DNA of 63,330 nt, filler included, from Chlamydiia bacterium (GTDB taxonomy: Bacteria > Chlamydiota > Chlamydiia > Chlamydiales > FEN-1388), in NCBI GenBank assembly GCA_903848235.1. It is 14 parts of 14 records of this genome, joined end to end, with 100 filler letters (N's around TTAATTAATTAA, not from the genome) between each part and the next. Parts side by side here need not be neighbours in the genome. Positions count along the whole stretch, not along the records: positions 61,629 to 63,330 come from CAINFV010000230.1; 13 more parts are not named here. The stretch is one strand, 5' to 3'. Made by a program: the position numbers and the translations under genes. This document shows, one piece after another, positions 61,985 through 63,330 of the stretch; position 1 is the stretch's first letter, and each line of letters starts with the position of its first letter. The notes under the pieces are model-generated. The model was given only the letters and a program-made list of their open reading frames with translations. It did no database searches and had not been told where the DNA came from.

Positions 61985-62149
61985 ATATACCGCTTCCAAT
62001 TGAAAGTTGGATAGATAACGCAATAAAAAGTCCGCAGATTCGAACGGAAAAAACAGACCCGCTACTAGAAGTAGGGGTTGTTTTTACCGACTCGAAGATG
62101 CAGACTTTTTCGATGGCAGGTATCCAACTTTCAACTGTCAGCGGTATAT
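61985..62149. mobile_element. 165-bp palindromic MITE-like element
   Basis: ends ATATACCGCTTCCAATTGAAAGTTGGATA / TATCCAACTTTCAACTGTCAGCGGTATAT are 26/29 complementary; interior also pairs. Confidence 0.8.
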
Positions 62150-62202
62150 TCCCTAATCATGGTAGAGCGGATTTCCTATGCCTCGCCTCCATCAGATTAA
62201 AT

Positions 62203-63330
62203 TTAGCGTTCAAATGCGCCGGCAGACTCTAGCCATTCAACGGCAGGAAGAGAAAGATGAGTAATGCTGGAAATAACTTCTGAAAGAGCCTTAAGCCCAT
62301 TTTTACTATTGGAAAATGCCACGACTCCCGATTGATGATTTTGAAACCCAACGACAAAATTCTTGAAGCACCCATTGTCTCCCCAATGCCAAAACGAATC
62401 CCCTATGCTGGTTCGCTGAATTCCCCATCCAAGACCCCACGAAACCGTCGATGACAAGGGATGTACTCTCCCCTCTAATGAGAGGCAGCCGACACACCCT
62501 TTTCTCACTGGCACACAAGGCTGCAGCATTTCATTAACCGTGGTTGCTTGCAGTCCGTTTCCCCTCATGATGGCCACCATAAACCGCGCATAATCTCTGG
62601 CATTTGTGTGCAATGTAAAGGCGGCATTGGGCGAAAGGCCAGATGGGTTTTTTAATGGCACACCTTCGGAATCATGGCCCGAGGCCTTGTCAGGACCGAA
62701 GACCCACTCAAACGTACTGTGATTCATCCTGAGGGGAACAAAAACCTGTTCTCGAAAATACGTATCAATGTGCGTGCTGGTTACGTGCTCAAGAACTTTT
62801 TGCAAAAATGCAAACCCCTCTCCAGAGTAGCTAAACCTTTCTCCTGGTTGAAAGTGAATGGCGAGCGCCTTGTCTCTCGGCCTCCAGTTAGGAAATCCTG
62901 TGGTGTGCGTTAAGACAATTCTGGCTGTTATAAGATTGATCCTTTCGTCTTCAACTTCTATGGAAGTGCGAGGGAGATAGTCCACAAGCGGTCTATCAAG
63001 CTCCAGAATCCCCTTTTCAATGAGTTTGAAGATGCCATAGGCAAAAACAGGCTTGCTTAGAGAAGCGGCTTCAAAGATGGTGTTTTCGCAAACAGTGTCT
63101 TGTGTTTGGGAATTTTTTACCCCAAACGTATGACACCACGCGATTCTGGCCCTTTTGATAATAGCTATGGAAATTCCGGGAACTCTGTTTTTTAACAAAG
63201 GGACAAGGATCTTTTGTAAAAAAAGCGTTGGGATGGGCGAGAGCAATCTCTGAGCTGTCTTAGCCAGCTCCATGGTTCTCACATAAACCTGTTCGATACC
63301 GCGTTCTTTCTCCAACCACACGAATGTATC
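62203..63330 (-). CDS. serine hydrolase, class C beta-lactamase/AmpC-like family; start uncertain
   Basis: FEAASLSK (SxxK), LTHTTG, FSYSGEG, HWGDNG. Confidence 0.9.
   Translation of the reverse strand, partial: DTFVWLEKERGIEQVYVRTMELAKTAQRLLSPIPTLFLQKILVPLLKNRVPGISIAIIKRARIAWCHTFGVKNSQTQDTVCENTIFEAASLSKPVFAYGIFKLIEKGILELDRPLVDYLPRTSIEVEDERINLITARIVLTHTTGFPNWRPRDKALAIHFQPGERFSYSGEGFAFLQKVLEHVTSTHIDTYFREQVFVPLRMNHSTFEWVFGPDKASGHDSEGVPLKNPSGLSPNAAFTLHTNARDYARFMVAIMRGNGLQATTVNEMLQPCVPVRKGCVGCLSLEGRVHPLSSTVSWGLGWGIQRTSIGDSFWHWGDNGCFKNFVVGFQNHQSGVVAFSNSKNGLKALSEVISSITHLSLPAVEWLESAGAFER

Overview
The window is 14 separate contigs joined by 13 artificial 100-nt linkers (N44-TTAATTAATTAA-N44), so nothing can be inferred across linkers. 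Most contigs look like an environmental Chlamydiae genome: prfB(+1 frameshift)-GNAT-yebC, DUF1207, clpC, accD-dut-ptsN, pgi-xerD, glmS, pbp2, priA, tRNA-Pro/Arg, and several large effector-like ORFs, one with a C-terminal OTU deubiquitinase motif set. Other contigs look foreign or mobile: two Chloroflexi/Dehalococcoidia-like pieces (9255-10772, 55967-59803), a toxin-antitoxin cassette island (22300-25320) and two phage-like pieces (41394-44102, 47365-50755). Best observations: (1) a Sel1-repeat gene split by a clean 1.36-kb inversion that rejoins in frame; (2) a group II intron with matching EBS/IBS pairs whose two flanks come from different transposon genes (tnpB and a DDE transposase) yet fuse in frame; (3) a coupled membrane Zn-ribbon plus Mrr-like nuclease pair, with a HEPN-like gene nearby, between nurA and a HAS-barrel gene (candidate defence system); (4) repeat-delimited TA/ATPase cassettes; (5) several families of palindromic MITE-like elements. 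All family assignments are from motif recognition; no database searches were run.
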